Below the pieces are notes generated by a model. The model worked only from the letters and a program-made list of their open reading frames with translations. It was not told the origin of the DNA and made no database searches. Below, piece after piece: positions 11,317-20,712 of a stretch of 61,892 bases of DNA (within the stretch, counting starts at the first letter, position 1; each line of letters begins with the position of its first letter). The stretch is from a virus (Duplodnaviria > Caudoviricetes). Both the position numbers and the translations under genes were made by a program. The DNA is taken from positions 1 through 61,892 of the IMG/VR virus record IMGVR_UViG_3300037461_001800; one strand, written 5' to 3'.

Positions 11317-12054
11317 TTATACAACTGCTAATTCAAAATGCATTCCATCGGGGCGACTCCATCCGCTCCCACCCCAAAAGAATCCGAATTCCTCAGCATA
11401 CTGTACTAGCCTACGTACTGAACCTTTAACACCATCCGCAGGGGGGTCAACTCCAAGTGGGTTCCATCTAGCATTAATGTCAAAAGCTGTTGCAAAAGCG
11501 TGGGAACTCAAAATGGACTTACTTCCTCGAATAAAACGCGGTGCCCACCCACCATCCCAAGTCAGTATGAGTGGAATCAGGCCTTCATCTTCCCATTTGT
11601 TCCATAATTTTACTAATTTTTCAGCACCTTTCATATGAAATAGCACAGTTTGATTTGATGGAGCTCCGCTAATCCCGGAAAGTTGTGGAATTCTCACTCT
11701 CTGTAGATTCTTAGACCAATCATTTGTGATCTTAATAAGCTCTGGGTTACCTGGTTTTGGTGTAGAAATAAATTCCAATGGCCCAAATATGGCTTGCTTA
11801 TCCGCATAACTCAATGATCTAAGTGTAGTTATTGAGACTGGCTGAACTGTGGAATACCCAATCCCAGCTGCCACCGTCAGCGTCTTGTTACCGACAAGAC
11901 CATCAGATTTTAGTCCTATGGCCTTTTGAAAGGCCATTGTAGCCTGATGTGTCATGGGACCAAATGTACCGTCAGCCTCTTCAAGTAGTCCCTGACCTAC
12001 GAGAAACTGTTGCCACCTTTGGACATCCGAACCGTCATCGCCTAACTGCAGCAT
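11317..12054 (-). CDS. Endolysin: peptidoglycan-binding domain plus M15-family zinc peptidase
   Basis: LQLGDDGSDVxxWQ...DGxFGPxT PG-binding domain; SxHxxxxAxD and DGMHFE zinc ligands; GGAGG before ATG at 12054. Confidence 0.88.
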   Translation of the reverse strand: MLQLGDDGSDVQRWQQFLVGQGLLEEADGTFGPMTHQATMAFQKAIGLKSDGLVGNKTLTVAAGIGYSTVQPVSITTLRSLSYADKQAIFGPLEFISTPKPGNPELIKITNDWSKNLQRVRIPQLSGISGAPSNQTVLFHMKGAEKLVKLWNKWEDEGLIPLILTWDGGWAPRFIRGSKSILSSHAFATAFDINARWNPLGVDPPADGVKGSVRRLVQYAEEFGFFWGGSGWSRPDGMHFELAVV

Positions 12055-12083
12055 ACGTTCCTCCAAACAGGAAACTGTGATAG

Positions 12084-12929
12084 TCACTGACGTTTCCAAA
12101 TAGTCATAAAATCCTCAATACCTGGCCATCTCAACAATGTAACTGTTCCAGTTAGCTTAAACGAGGACCGAAGTTCCTCCCGAAATGCCTTATTGGCATT
12201 TATTGAAACGGATTCATCATTCATATCCCCTATGTATACCAAGTATTCCCCCTTCCATTCATCCAAACATTGTTTTGCCATGTCTCCAAGTGGGGGCCAA
12301 CATAAAAATAAAGTTCTGTCGGAATGCTTCTTTAAAACCTCCGGAGTACCGGACTCCACTTCTGTATGAAGTCTTGCCCCGATATGCCAAGGGTTACAAG
12401 CCAACGCCAGGGACCCTGTAGAATCAGATGGAATTTTATCATACGCTATCACATCCACACCCATACTCCGCAATAAATATGTCCAGTATCCGGTTCCAGC
12501 ACCCATTTCAACAATTGGAGATAACTCTGCTATTGCACGCAGAGCTTCTTCTGTCGGGATTGCCCATGAATACTCCGTCACCAGTCGAGCACGAAGCTCG
12601 ACCATATATTTTAGGGCCTCAGGATTTGAAGCGATTTCTTTTTCGCTTGGGCACTCCTCAGAGAATTTCAAAAGAAGAGGATTCATCTGTTTAACAATCT
12701 CCTCTTTTGCTTTCTTTGAAAGCTTCTTAATATGAGCCTCTTCCCGAAGTGCTAATGACTGGTTTGCAAATTTTTTGAACCAGGCTATGGTTAAAAACCC
12801 CTTCCCCCTTAAGAATTTCGCGCCTTTCTTCTTGTCATGATGTTCTTTAAACCTACGGTAAACATTCGTTGTCGCCCCCGTATAAAGCGAGCCATCGCTG
12901 CAACGAATCATATATACCATCCAAGGCAT
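12084..12929 (-). CDS. GIY-YIG nuclease domain fused to a class I SAM-methyltransferase-like domain
   Basis: N-terminal VYMIRCSDGSLYTG..RRFxEH..E; C-terminal EMGAGTGYW, DVIAYD, LFLCWPP. Confidence 0.75.
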   Translation of the reverse strand: MPWMVYMIRCSDGSLYTGATTNVYRRFKEHHDKKKGAKFLRGKGFLTIAWFKKFANQSLALREEAHIKKLSKKAKEEIVKQMNPLLLKFSEECPSEKEIASNPEALKYMVELRARLVTEYSWAIPTEEALRAIAELSPIVEMGAGTGYWTYLLRSMGVDVIAYDKIPSDSTGSLALACNPWHIGARLHTEVESGTPEVLKKHSDRTLFLCWPPLGDMAKQCLDEWKGEYLVYIGDMNDESVSINANKAFREELRSSFKLTGTVTLLRWPGIEDFMTIWKRQ

Positions 12930-12997
12930 ACACTATCTTTCATAGTAAGCTTGACTTCGGTAGTTTTTGGTCCTTGTTATGGATAACAAGGAAATTG

Positions 12998-13828
12998 TTA
13001 GCATTTCATATTGCTAACAAGTATTTCCGGAACAGAAGCACGTTTATCTGGTCTACCGATACTCCTAAGTCCAATGACAGTTTCTATACTAAATCCTTCG
13101 AAAAACTTTGCATCACCAGCACTGGATGAATTTGACAACACTTGGAAGACCCCAACTTCGTCCAAACGTTTAAATAAGCGCGCAAGCCTTTCATGATCAA
13201 TTTGTGAAAAACCTCCAACAGTATACTTAGTGAAACTCGAAGTTTTCGATATAGGCAAATATGGTGGGTCGTAGTATATGACGTCCCCAGGCCCTGCATC
13301 TGTACAAATATTTTCAAAATCCGATTCAGAAAGTTCAGCAGACTGGAGTGCATCAGAACATGCACGCAGGTTGTTTTCGTCACAAATGACAGGGTCATTA
13401 TATTTTCCAAATGGTGTATTGAAATGACCTTTATTATTGACCCTATACAGCCCATTGAAAGAAGTCTTGTTTAGATAAATAGTCCTAGCAGCTCGAGTTA
13501 TTGGGTCTAGTTTGTCAGAGTCAGTTCCCCTGATATCAAGAAAGGCCTTGCGGTCATATTTATACTGCGGCTGTTTCAAAACATGAATCAGACTGTCAAC
13601 ATCATCACGAACGACTTGAAATGCATTCATAAGTTCCGGGCATAGATCCCCAAGCACAGCTCTATCGAATCGACCAGATTTTGATAGGGCGAAAAATACC
13701 GCCCCACCTCCCAAGAAAGGCTCATAATAAGTTCCAATCTTCGTTGGGAACTTCGCTATTATGCGATGGGACAGTCTACGCTTTCCGCCAGCCCAACGTA
13801 AAAACGGTGTTACTTTTGATGACAACAT
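12998..13828 (-). CDS. dam: Dam-family (D12 class) DNA adenine methyltransferase
   Basis: PFLRWAGGK, YYEPFLGGGAV, FNGLYRVN, DPPY. Confidence 0.93.
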   Translation of the reverse strand: MLSSKVTPFLRWAGGKRRLSHRIIAKFPTKIGTYYEPFLGGGAVFFALSKSGRFDRAVLGDLCPELMNAFQVVRDDVDSLIHVLKQPQYKYDRKAFLDIRGTDSDKLDPITRAARTIYLNKTSFNGLYRVNNKGHFNTPFGKYNDPVICDENNLRACSDALQSAELSESDFENICTDAGPGDVIYYDPPYLPISKTSSFTKYTVGGFSQIDHERLARLFKRLDEVGVFQVLSNSSSAGDAKFFEGFSIETVIGLRSIGRPDKRASVPEILVSNMKC

Positions 13829-13867
13829 TGTTATATTTTTAAACGGTGTTAAAACGTCTAAGTCGAC

Positions 13868-14356
13868 TTACTGATTTGGGTACATTTCTAATTCATCGTG
13901 AAAAACTGTGAGCTCCACACCCGCTTGTACCAATAACTCACGTGATTTAGCGGCAGCATGATAACGTCGTTCGCACACGACACGTCGTATGCCAGCGTTA
14001 ACAATAGCTTTGGCACAATCAAAACACGGCTCAAATTTACAGTATAACGTTGACCCATCTGTTGCTACACCATTACGGGCAGCGTTACATATGGCATTAA
14101 TTTCCGCATGTGTCGTGCGAACACAGTGTTTCGTAGTATTTCCTGAGGTGTCAGTGCGGGTCACCATCTCATGACCCACATCATCACAATGAGGAAGACC
14201 AATTGGAGCACCAGCGTACCCAGTAGCAAGTAGTCGTTTATTGAACACAAGTACTGCACCACAAAAACCTCTGTCACAAGTGCCACGCTCACCGATGACA
14301 TTTGCGACTCTAAGAAAAGTCTCATCGACTGATGGCCGACATCGCTTAAATTCCAT
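13868..14356 (-). CDS. dCMP deaminase (ComEB-like)
   Basis: HAExN and PCxxC zinc motifs. Confidence 0.9.
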   Translation of the reverse strand: MEFKRCRPSVDETFLRVANVIGERGTCDRGFCGAVLVFNKRLLATGYAGAPIGLPHCDDVGHEMVTRTDTSGNTTKHCVRTTHAEINAICNAARNGVATDGSTLYCKFEPCFDCAKAIVNAGIRRVVCERRYHAAAKSRELLVQAGVELTVFHDELEMYPNQ

Positions 14357-14393
14357 AAATCACCTTTGCCGGTTATTCTCACAACAAAAAGTT

Positions 14394-14951
14394 TCACGAC
14401 GTGAACAACGGAAGTTCAACCCTTTGGCCAGATTCCAGAAACTTTTGAGCCGCATATGCCATATTTGCAGCTACAACGACAATAAACGGGAGGAACTTTC
14501 CATTTTCACACGTCGATGGCTCATCATTTGGCCCATCATCAATAGTAAAATTTTCATCCCATACAACACGACCAAGCTTGCACCCATCTTTCAGGATTCC
14601 ATGTAAACATGGAATCCCCCGACTTCGAGCAAAATTCTGTATAGCACGTCTCGACTCTCTGTTATCAACACAATCGAGGAGTAAATCAGCATTCCCTATG
14701 ATTTCTGACGCATTTGAAGGAATTAACTGGTGTGGAACTGCTCCAAGCTTGGTGTTGAACAATAGCTGCATAAATTTCTGAAGGACCACAACCTTCAATT
14801 TCCCAATATCATCATTGGCGTATACTTGATATAGTACATTTTTACGCAAGACACGCTCAAAATCGACAATTGTGATGTTAGCACAATTTCTGAAAGTCAA
14901 GGTCACATGTGACCCGAGAGCTCCTACTCCGACAAGTACAACTTTTTTCAT
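14394..14951 (-). CDS. ThiF/E1-like adenylyltransferase
   Basis: VGVGALGS, DFERV..KN, GKLKV, DCVDNRESR. Confidence 0.82.
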   Translation of the reverse strand: MKKVVLVGVGALGSHVTLTFRNCANITIVDFERVLRKNVLYQVYANDDIGKLKVVVLQKFMQLLFNTKLGAVPHQLIPSNASEIIGNADLLLDCVDNRESRRAIQNFARSRGIPCLHGILKDGCKLGRVVWDENFTIDDGPNDEPSTCENGKFLPFIVVVAANMAYAAQKFLESGQRVELPLFTS

Positions 14952-14978
14952 GAGGTTATACCTTTCTTAAGAACTCCT

Positions 14979-15440
14979 TCATATTTCCATTACCTGATGG
15001 ATTATTTCCCCAGCAACCTTCTCAAAGTCCACGCTCCGTTCAAGTAGGTTCCACAACGGACCGGCTGCACATTCCATATAAAAACTCTCATACCTCCAAT
15101 CCTGGTTATGGTAATTATAACTGTCAAACTCCGGCTTTGGACATCCATATTCTTCTTTAGATCTAAGTATTCTCACTCTAATCATCAAATGACCCTGGAA
15201 AAGTTCCTCACAGAAGGAACAGTATGCACACGCTATCATGTTGCTATTGTTTCCCGGTGACCCCCAAGGCTCAAACTCCGACATTGAAAAACACACCCTG
15301 AAACCGTCAATCCGTCTTAACGAGTCATAATTCTCTGTGATATGCGTGTATAATGGAAAGTCTTTAATAGAATTCCGACAGTTCCTAATATCGCGGCGCA
15401 TTTGTTCAATCGCCTCGCGAAATACCCGATGCAACATCAT
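14979..15440 (-). CDS. Hypothetical protein with the shared C-terminal tag
   Basis: 153-aa ORF; ends IIHQVMEI. Confidence 0.6.
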   Translation of the reverse strand: MMLHRVFREAIEQMRRDIRNCRNSIKDFPLYTHITENYDSLRRIDGFRVCFSMSEFEPWGSPGNNSNMIACAYCSFCEELFQGHLMIRVRILRSKEEYGCPKPEFDSYNYHNQDWRYESFYMECAAGPLWNLLERSVDFEKVAGEIIHQVMEI

Positions 15441-15687
15441 ACCATATTTTACAGTTACTAGGCACTCTAACTAGATACATTAGACATCTTTTGATTAATA
15501 AGTCGCCGACAGATACAGGACAGACATTAACGTGAATGTTGATTAAACGTTAGGAAGATACTGACGGATTGGTCTAAATATCTTATGGATATCCACAGAT
15601 AAATATGGCTATCATATTATGGCACACCGTGTACACGGTATTTTCGACCTTATATATCTCATCACGAACTACTTGAGCGTCATTTCA

Positions 15688-17490
15688 TTATTCAAATTCG
15701 ATTGTGGCTGGAGGCTTCGCTGTTACATCAAGCGCAACCCCCGAAGTACCCGGGAGCTTCATCAATTGAGATATAATTTCGTATATCATTGATCTAGGTA
15801 AATCTGCTGGCTTAGCTGTCATTGCACGCTCACTGTGCACCGGACGAAGCATGACAAGTTCACTACCTTTCCCATCAATCTTGAGGGGTGCAATGGCTAC
15901 GGGGCACTGCCAAATTTGTTTATATAACCCATAACATTGCAGTGCCTGCGTTACAATATGATCTGCCTCACGTAGCATATCAAGTCGATCTTTAGTTAAG
16001 TCAGCTTTTAAGCCCTTTACTGTTGATATGCCATTCCCTGTTAAGTCTACTAGGCACCTGTTTACACCAGTCACTTCAGCACATAACAAATTTGCTATAC
16101 TTGCTAAATCGTAATGTGAAGCCTGGCCCCAGAGAAATATTGGGGACTCATATGAACGTAAATCAGCCTTGACACCAGTAGTCATTATTGGTAATAACAT
16201 TCCCTTAAGCCCGGTTCCGTCTAAACATCTCATAATGCTCGGGTCAACTCCAGGGAAATGTAACACATCAGTTTCCACTTCAGTGCACAGGCACCGCACA
16301 CTAAGTCCAGGTCCAGGGAACGGATGACGCCATACCATATGACTAGCGATCCCGAGTTTTTCCCCAAGATCACGAACTTCAGTTTTATATAAATCTCGAA
16401 TTGGTTCTACAACACGCCCTTCGTCAGTCATCTTCTTTATGATTGGGACCCTGTTATGATGTGTTTTTATGGTGTCAGATCGCTTTGTCCCTCCGGATTC
16501 AATGGTATCCGGATAAATAGTCCCCTGCCCAAGCATTGCCCCGCCAATTTTTTCAACTTCACGTTCGAATATACGAACAAATGTGTCGCCTATCGCTCGA
16601 CGTTTATACTCAGGGTTAGCAAGACCTGATGCTGCTGTCAAAAATTCTTCAGATGCATCAATAAAGTATAAACTTTCACCGAGACCCATGATTTTTAATT
16701 CTTCAATCACATCTTCGGACTCATATTTCCGCATGAAACCGTTGTTTATATGTAGCAAGCGAAGCTTGCTTGGACCTAATGCCATGCCAAGAAGTTTCGC
16801 ACACACCGTTGAATCCACGCCTCCGGAGACCAGCATTAAAACACTCCGGTCCCCAACTGAAGAACGAATCGATTCAACCTGTTTACTAACAAAGTCTTCC
16901 ATTATCCAAGTTGGCTCACATCCGCAAATGTTGAATACGAAATTCGCTAAAATCTGATCACCAAATTCGGTGTCGTCTACCTCAGGATGAAATTGTAACC
17001 CGTAACGATTCGTTTGTCTACACTCAATTGCAGCATTGTGGTGTATTGCTTTTTTAGCAGTGCTAAAACCGGTTTCTCTAAATCCCAACGGGAGTTTAGT
17101 CACCGTGTCACCATGACTCATCCATACGGTTATTTGATCGGGTATTCCTTCGAAAAGCCTGCTATCCCCAACTGTATGAAACGTAGCAGGACCGTATTCA
17201 CGTGCAATATGCTTAACTTCGCCACCGGCATGTTTAATAATTTCCTGATGTCCAAAACACAGCCCAAGCAACGGAACCGATAGGTTCATTATTTCTTCGC
17301 CAACACCTTCATCACCTCGCGATATTAGTGCAGGACTTCCTGACAAAATAATCCCTTTAAATTTATCGAATTCATTTAACTTGTCTTCTGGTTGGCGAAT
17401 TTCAGCAAACACATGCATGCGCCGGATCTTGTTGGCTATTAAATGAGCATACTGCCCACCAAAATCGACGACTGCAATGTGATTATACAT
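15688..17490 (-). CDS. guaA: GMP synthase (glutamine-hydrolysing), long form
   Basis: DFGGQY, GLCFGHQ, QFHPEV, SGGVDS, IKTHHN, HPFPGPGL, KPPATIEFE. Confidence 0.96.
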   Translation of the reverse strand: MYNHIAVVDFGGQYAHLIANKIRRMHVFAEIRQPEDKLNEFDKFKGIILSGSPALISRGDEGVGEEIMNLSVPLLGLCFGHQEIIKHAGGEVKHIAREYGPATFHTVGDSRLFEGIPDQITVWMSHGDTVTKLPLGFRETGFSTAKKAIHHNAAIECRQTNRYGLQFHPEVDDTEFGDQILANFVFNICGCEPTWIMEDFVSKQVESIRSSVGDRSVLMLVSGGVDSTVCAKLLGMALGPSKLRLLHINNGFMRKYESEDVIEELKIMGLGESLYFIDASEEFLTAASGLANPEYKRRAIGDTFVRIFEREVEKIGGAMLGQGTIYPDTIESGGTKRSDTIKTHHNRVPIIKKMTDEGRVVEPIRDLYKTEVRDLGEKLGIASHMVWRHPFPGPGLSVRCLCTEVETDVLHFPGVDPSIMRCLDGTGLKGMLLPIMTTGVKADLRSYESPIFLWGQASHYDLASIANLLCAEVTGVNRCLVDLTGNGISTVKGLKADLTKDRLDMLREADHIVTQALQCYGLYKQIWQCPVAIAPLKIDGKGSELVMLRPVHSERAMTAKPADLPRSMIYEIISQLMKLPGTSGVALDVTAKPPATIEFE

Positions 17491-17493
17491 ATT

Positions 17494-17733
17494 TTATTCC
17501 TCCATGAGGGATACAACCGGATGTCGCTTTATACATACCCAGCATATTCGCTGCCCATCCAGGTTACCAGGTTGGTGTCTCCCCTCGCCATACCAACTAG
17601 CCGGAAGCCACCACATACGTATCTTTTTACATCTCGGGCAACGTTTATGCCTAGGGCGAACTTTATTTGGGATCCCTATTCGCGCATTTAGTTTTGTCCA
17701 CTTTTTTATTCTTCTAGAACGTTTAAATCTCAT
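17494..17733 (-). CDS. Basic zinc-ribbon hypothetical protein
   Basis: CPRC...CWVC; ends PVVSLMEE just upstream of guaA. Confidence 0.55.
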   Translation of the reverse strand: MRFKRSRRIKKWTKLNARIGIPNKVRPRHKRCPRCKKIRMWWLPASWYGEGRHQPGNLDGQRICWVCIKRHPVVSLMEE

Positions 17734-17794
17734 TATTTATATTCCGGGCAGTATGAAGTAAATCCATTTAGTCCGCATTGTTAACTTTTGATCT

Positions 17795-18679
17795 TCAGCT
17801 TATGGAGTCTGAAAAATCACTGTGAACAAGTTTATATAATTCATTATATAACACTTCCGGTTTGTTCATAGACAAACCGGACATTTGTCCGTCATTTAAT
17901 TCAATAACGATCCATCTACCTGATTGCGTTCTAGCCACATCGACCACTACGAAGTTTACTTTATTGTGTATACGTCTGAGAACTTCAAGCATGAATTCTT
18001 CTGGAACATTACTGGGGTCAGGAGGCCCCCCAGGAATGTCATCTTCATAATTTGACCAGTAATACCCTCTAGATAAAATCTTCCCACCAAGCGTAAAGAA
18101 TCGGTATTCTTCCGTAACTGGCATGCCCTGAAGTCCATCTATCAGCTTAATTAATGGTATATACTCGCGCACATATATATGTTGATTGCATATTAGACCA
18201 TCGTCCATCAATCTGCATGCAGTATCTACAGCCTCACGCTTGTTTCGCGCAAACATGTGAGTCTGCCAACTAAACTTTTTACTGTTAGTAGCCCCTTTTA
18301 CAACAAAAGGGCCTCCATCTTCTGGTACATCCTCAAGTCTATTCCATGTTCGTGGTGTTAATCCATCAAGGTCTTCAACCCAGTTTCCAAGATCGGAAAC
18401 ATAATTATGCTGGCTGAAGTTATTAATTAACTTTGAACCATAATCAGCAAGTTCTTGTTCCAGCTCCTTATAAAAGGGAAGAACACTATATCTACCGATG
18501 ACAAGTGACCCAGGAGGAACACGAGATCTTAAACTAACACATTTAAAATGACTCTGAGCCACCTTCAATTCCTCACCACCCATCCCACGGTGTAGAATCA
18601 CAGGCTCTGGTTTGTATATTCTATCTTCAGAAGAATTAGAGCAACGGCATTTATACTGTCCATTACAAAATCTGTTCAT
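17795..18679 (-). CDS. ATP-grasp protein (R2K/DUF4343-like clade)
   Basis: FVVK, EEYRFF, VVDVA...WIVIELNDGQMSG. Confidence 0.8.
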   Translation of the reverse strand: MNRFCNGQYKCRCSNSSEDRIYKPEPVILHRGMGGEELKVAQSHFKCVSLRSRVPPGSLVIGRYSVLPFYKELEQELADYGSKLINNFSQHNYVSDLGNWVEDLDGLTPRTWNRLEDVPEDGGPFVVKGATNSKKFSWQTHMFARNKREAVDTACRLMDDGLICNQHIYVREYIPLIKLIDGLQGMPVTEEYRFFTLGGKILSRGYYWSNYEDDIPGGPPDPSNVPEEFMLEVLRRIHNKVNFVVVDVARTQSGRWIVIELNDGQMSGLSMNKPEVLYNELYKLVHSDFSDSIS

Positions 18680-18704
18680 ACAACACCTCCAAGTATGTCA
18701 AAGT

Positions 18705-18887
18705 CTACGTGTTAAATATATCACCAATAATTTGCTCATCACATTCAAGAATTCTGTTTAGTCTCCACAGCATATTATCTTGATTTGGATCTGAACTATA
18801 ATTAGTAATAATGCTAGCATGACAATTTATACACATCCACATTAGCCATTTATTTCCTTGATCGGATATCACCCAATTATGGGACAT
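18705..18887 (-). CDS. Small CxxC protein with the shared C-terminal tag
   Basis: HNW...CINC; ends CDEQIIGDIFNT; same layout as 423-647. Confidence 0.6.
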   Translation of the reverse strand: MSHNWVISDQGNKWLMWMCINCHASIITNYSSDPNQDNMLWRLNRILECDEQIIGDIFNT

Positions 18888-18930
18888 CTATATTTAATCT
18901 CCATCGCGACAACATACGAAATTATACTGA

Positions 18931-19087
18931 TCGTTTGTATGATTTCAGTGGCTTTTGGGTGCCGACGGCATTTAACCAGCCCAAAGACCATTCTCCGAAG
19001 TAATAACAACTAGATCTCGCAAGATCGGTTCCCCTACGGATGGGATACACACCCTAGCCCCAAATTAACACCAGCAGTCACAAACGA
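18931..19087. ncRNA. Candidate structured non-coding RNA (family not recognised)
   Basis: Terminal pairing TCGTTTGT(AT)GA with TCACAAACGA encloses several hairpins in an intergenic gap with no long ORF. Confidence 0.35.
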
Positions 19088-19153
19088 ATTTACCCTATAC
19101 CGACATTAACTTATAAAATGGAACCTTTAAGACTTGAATAAAACGCCTTCAGC

Positions 19154-19579
19154 ATGGAACCCAACGATATCTCTGCTCGAATCAAACTCGTCGCTGATAA
19201 AATCGACGCTTCGGAACATCCGTCTCGCGCACTAGTTGCCTCAGCTATTCGTGAGATTATAGCTGCCATGGAGCGGAGCAAAGATAAAGAGAAAACCAAA
19301 AATAAAGGTAAAAAGATCAATAAAAAAGATGTGGATTCTAATACGGCTGCGTCGATGCATATGGGACTGCTTGAGAGGTATAAAGACTTCCATGATACCG
19401 GGTCAAACCTTCTCGGTTTCCGAAATGTGGTTGTTGATGTGATTCCCGAAGATTTCCCTAATGACGTTCTGACCGCAAGGAAGGAATGCGCAGCAGCATT
19501 TGATGCTCTCGATATAGCTCTAAGAAACGCGCGAGCGAGTTATAGCAGACTTATGGCGTCTCTAGCTGGTATTGGATAA
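19154..19579 (+). CDS. Hypothetical protein, N-terminal KIDxSExPS family
   Basis: N-terminus resembles that of 40995-41522. Confidence 0.7.
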   Translation: MEPNDISARIKLVADKIDASEHPSRALVASAIREIIAAMERSKDKEKTKNKGKKINKKDVDSNTAASMHMGLLERYKDFHDTGSNLLGFRNVVVDVIPEDFPNDVLTARKECAAAFDALDIALRNARASYSRLMASLAGIG

Positions 19580-19674
19580 ATTCCTTCATATAATCAAAAA
19601 ACCTATCATCTGTTGCTATATGTATCAAATTTTCTTCCTCCAAGATACTGGACTGTTTATTGGTTCCACCGATT

Positions 19675-19950
19675 ATGAATTTCAAAAAGATTGCTTATAG
19701 GATAGCCCAAGGATGGCAAGATGAAATACAAGGGGGACTTGCTGACGAGAAGACTCCTAAGAACTTTGACCCACAAGCCTTAATCAAAGGTCTTGTGGTA
19801 GAACTCGAGCATGTAAATAAGGAAGCGCATGAACTTCTAAAGAATGATCCAGAATCTGTCCATAAAGCAATGGAAATTGCAATGGACCATCTAACAGAAG
19901 ATCCGGAATACTATGAAAAATTGGCTGTCATGGAACAGCAGGAATACTGA
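19675..19950 (+). CDS. DUF5661-like phage protein
   Basis: GLVVELEH...AMEIAMDHLTEDPEYYEKL; N-terminal KKIAYRIA. Confidence 0.75.
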   Translation: MNFKKIAYRIAQGWQDEIQGGLADEKTPKNFDPQALIKGLVVELEHVNKEAHELLKNDPESVHKAMEIAMDHLTEDPEYYEKLAVMEQQEY

Positions 19951-20235
19951 TCAGCGATCATACATCGCATTTCCAGGCCCGTACATACCAGATTCTACAA
20001 TTTCTTTAGCCACAGCAGCCACAGCTTTTTGATCGTCTGCTCTTCCCTTTGCAAGCGATGCAAGAATCTTACGTAGCAGAGTATCCCCCCTCTTCTGATG
20101 TGACATATCAGACCTTATGGAGATACCCAATAACTCACGTTTTATATCCTTGGCTTTTATGAAAGGGACTTTCTCCGAAGTCTCAGCCGTATCCTTTCCA
20201 TTTGAAATTGCCTCTATCATTTTGTTAATACCCAA
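19951..20235 (-). CDS. Hypothetical protein
   Basis: 94-aa ORF with GAGGAG RBS. Confidence 0.65.
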   Translation of the reverse strand: MGINKMIEAISNGKDTAETSEKVPFIKAKDIKRELLGISIRSDMSHQKRGDTLLRKILASLAKGRADDQKAVAAVAKEIVESGMYGPGNAMYDR

Positions 20236-20280
20236 TTTTGTCTCCTCACAAACTGTTAACTCAGGCGTTTTTAGCTATCA

Positions 20281-20619
20281 TTATGGATTATATAAAACTG
20301 CAAATCCTCCTACAACCATTGTAGCATTTACATCAATTACTGATCCATCCTGACAGTCAACATATAGTTGGGCTAACCACCTGCCATATTTATCTGATTT
20401 TGAAGTTATAGCTCGGATTCTCCCGAGCGACAATAATCTTTCAAGTTCTGCTTTTGATTTAAGACCGCATGCTTTTGAGGCACCTATAACTTCCGGGGCA
20501 TTGATTCCAGCAAGACGGAAGTCCAACCGAACTGTTATCATAAACCCCAGGTCAACATCCATCCATACTGTATCTCCATCAACTACCCTATTTACAACTG
20601 CTTTATACTCATAGTTCAT
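20281..20619 (-). CDS. Thermonuclease (SNase-like)
   Basis: VVDGDT, RLAGINAPE, DKYGRWLA. Confidence 0.88.
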   Translation of the reverse strand: MNYEYKAVVNRVVDGDTVWMDVDLGFMITVRLDFRLAGINAPEVIGASKACGLKSKAELERLLSLGRIRAITSKSDKYGRWLAQLYVDCQDGSVIDVNATMVVGGFAVLYNP

Positions 20620-20642
20620 ACCTTTACAATAAAAAAACAGTG

Positions 20643-20679
20643 TAATTATACATATCAATGACATTGATATGTATAATTA
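20643..20679. repeat. Perfect 37-bp palindrome (18-bp arms, 1-nt centre) between divergent genes
   Basis: TAATTATACATATCAATG-A-CATTGATATGTATAATTA; TATAAT on both strands. Confidence 0.9.
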
Positions 20680-20712
20680 AAGCACTTCAAACGTTTTATT
20701 GCCAGTGGGTGT

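Noticed and set aside
15626-15639. 14-bp palindrome ACCGTGTACACGGT
   Set aside because: A few 7-bp-arm palindromes are expected by chance in 62 kb
19060-19095. Twister- or hatchet-like ribozyme (TAACAC...GTCACAAAC)
   Set aside because: Only short word similarity; the required stems and pseudoknots could not be built
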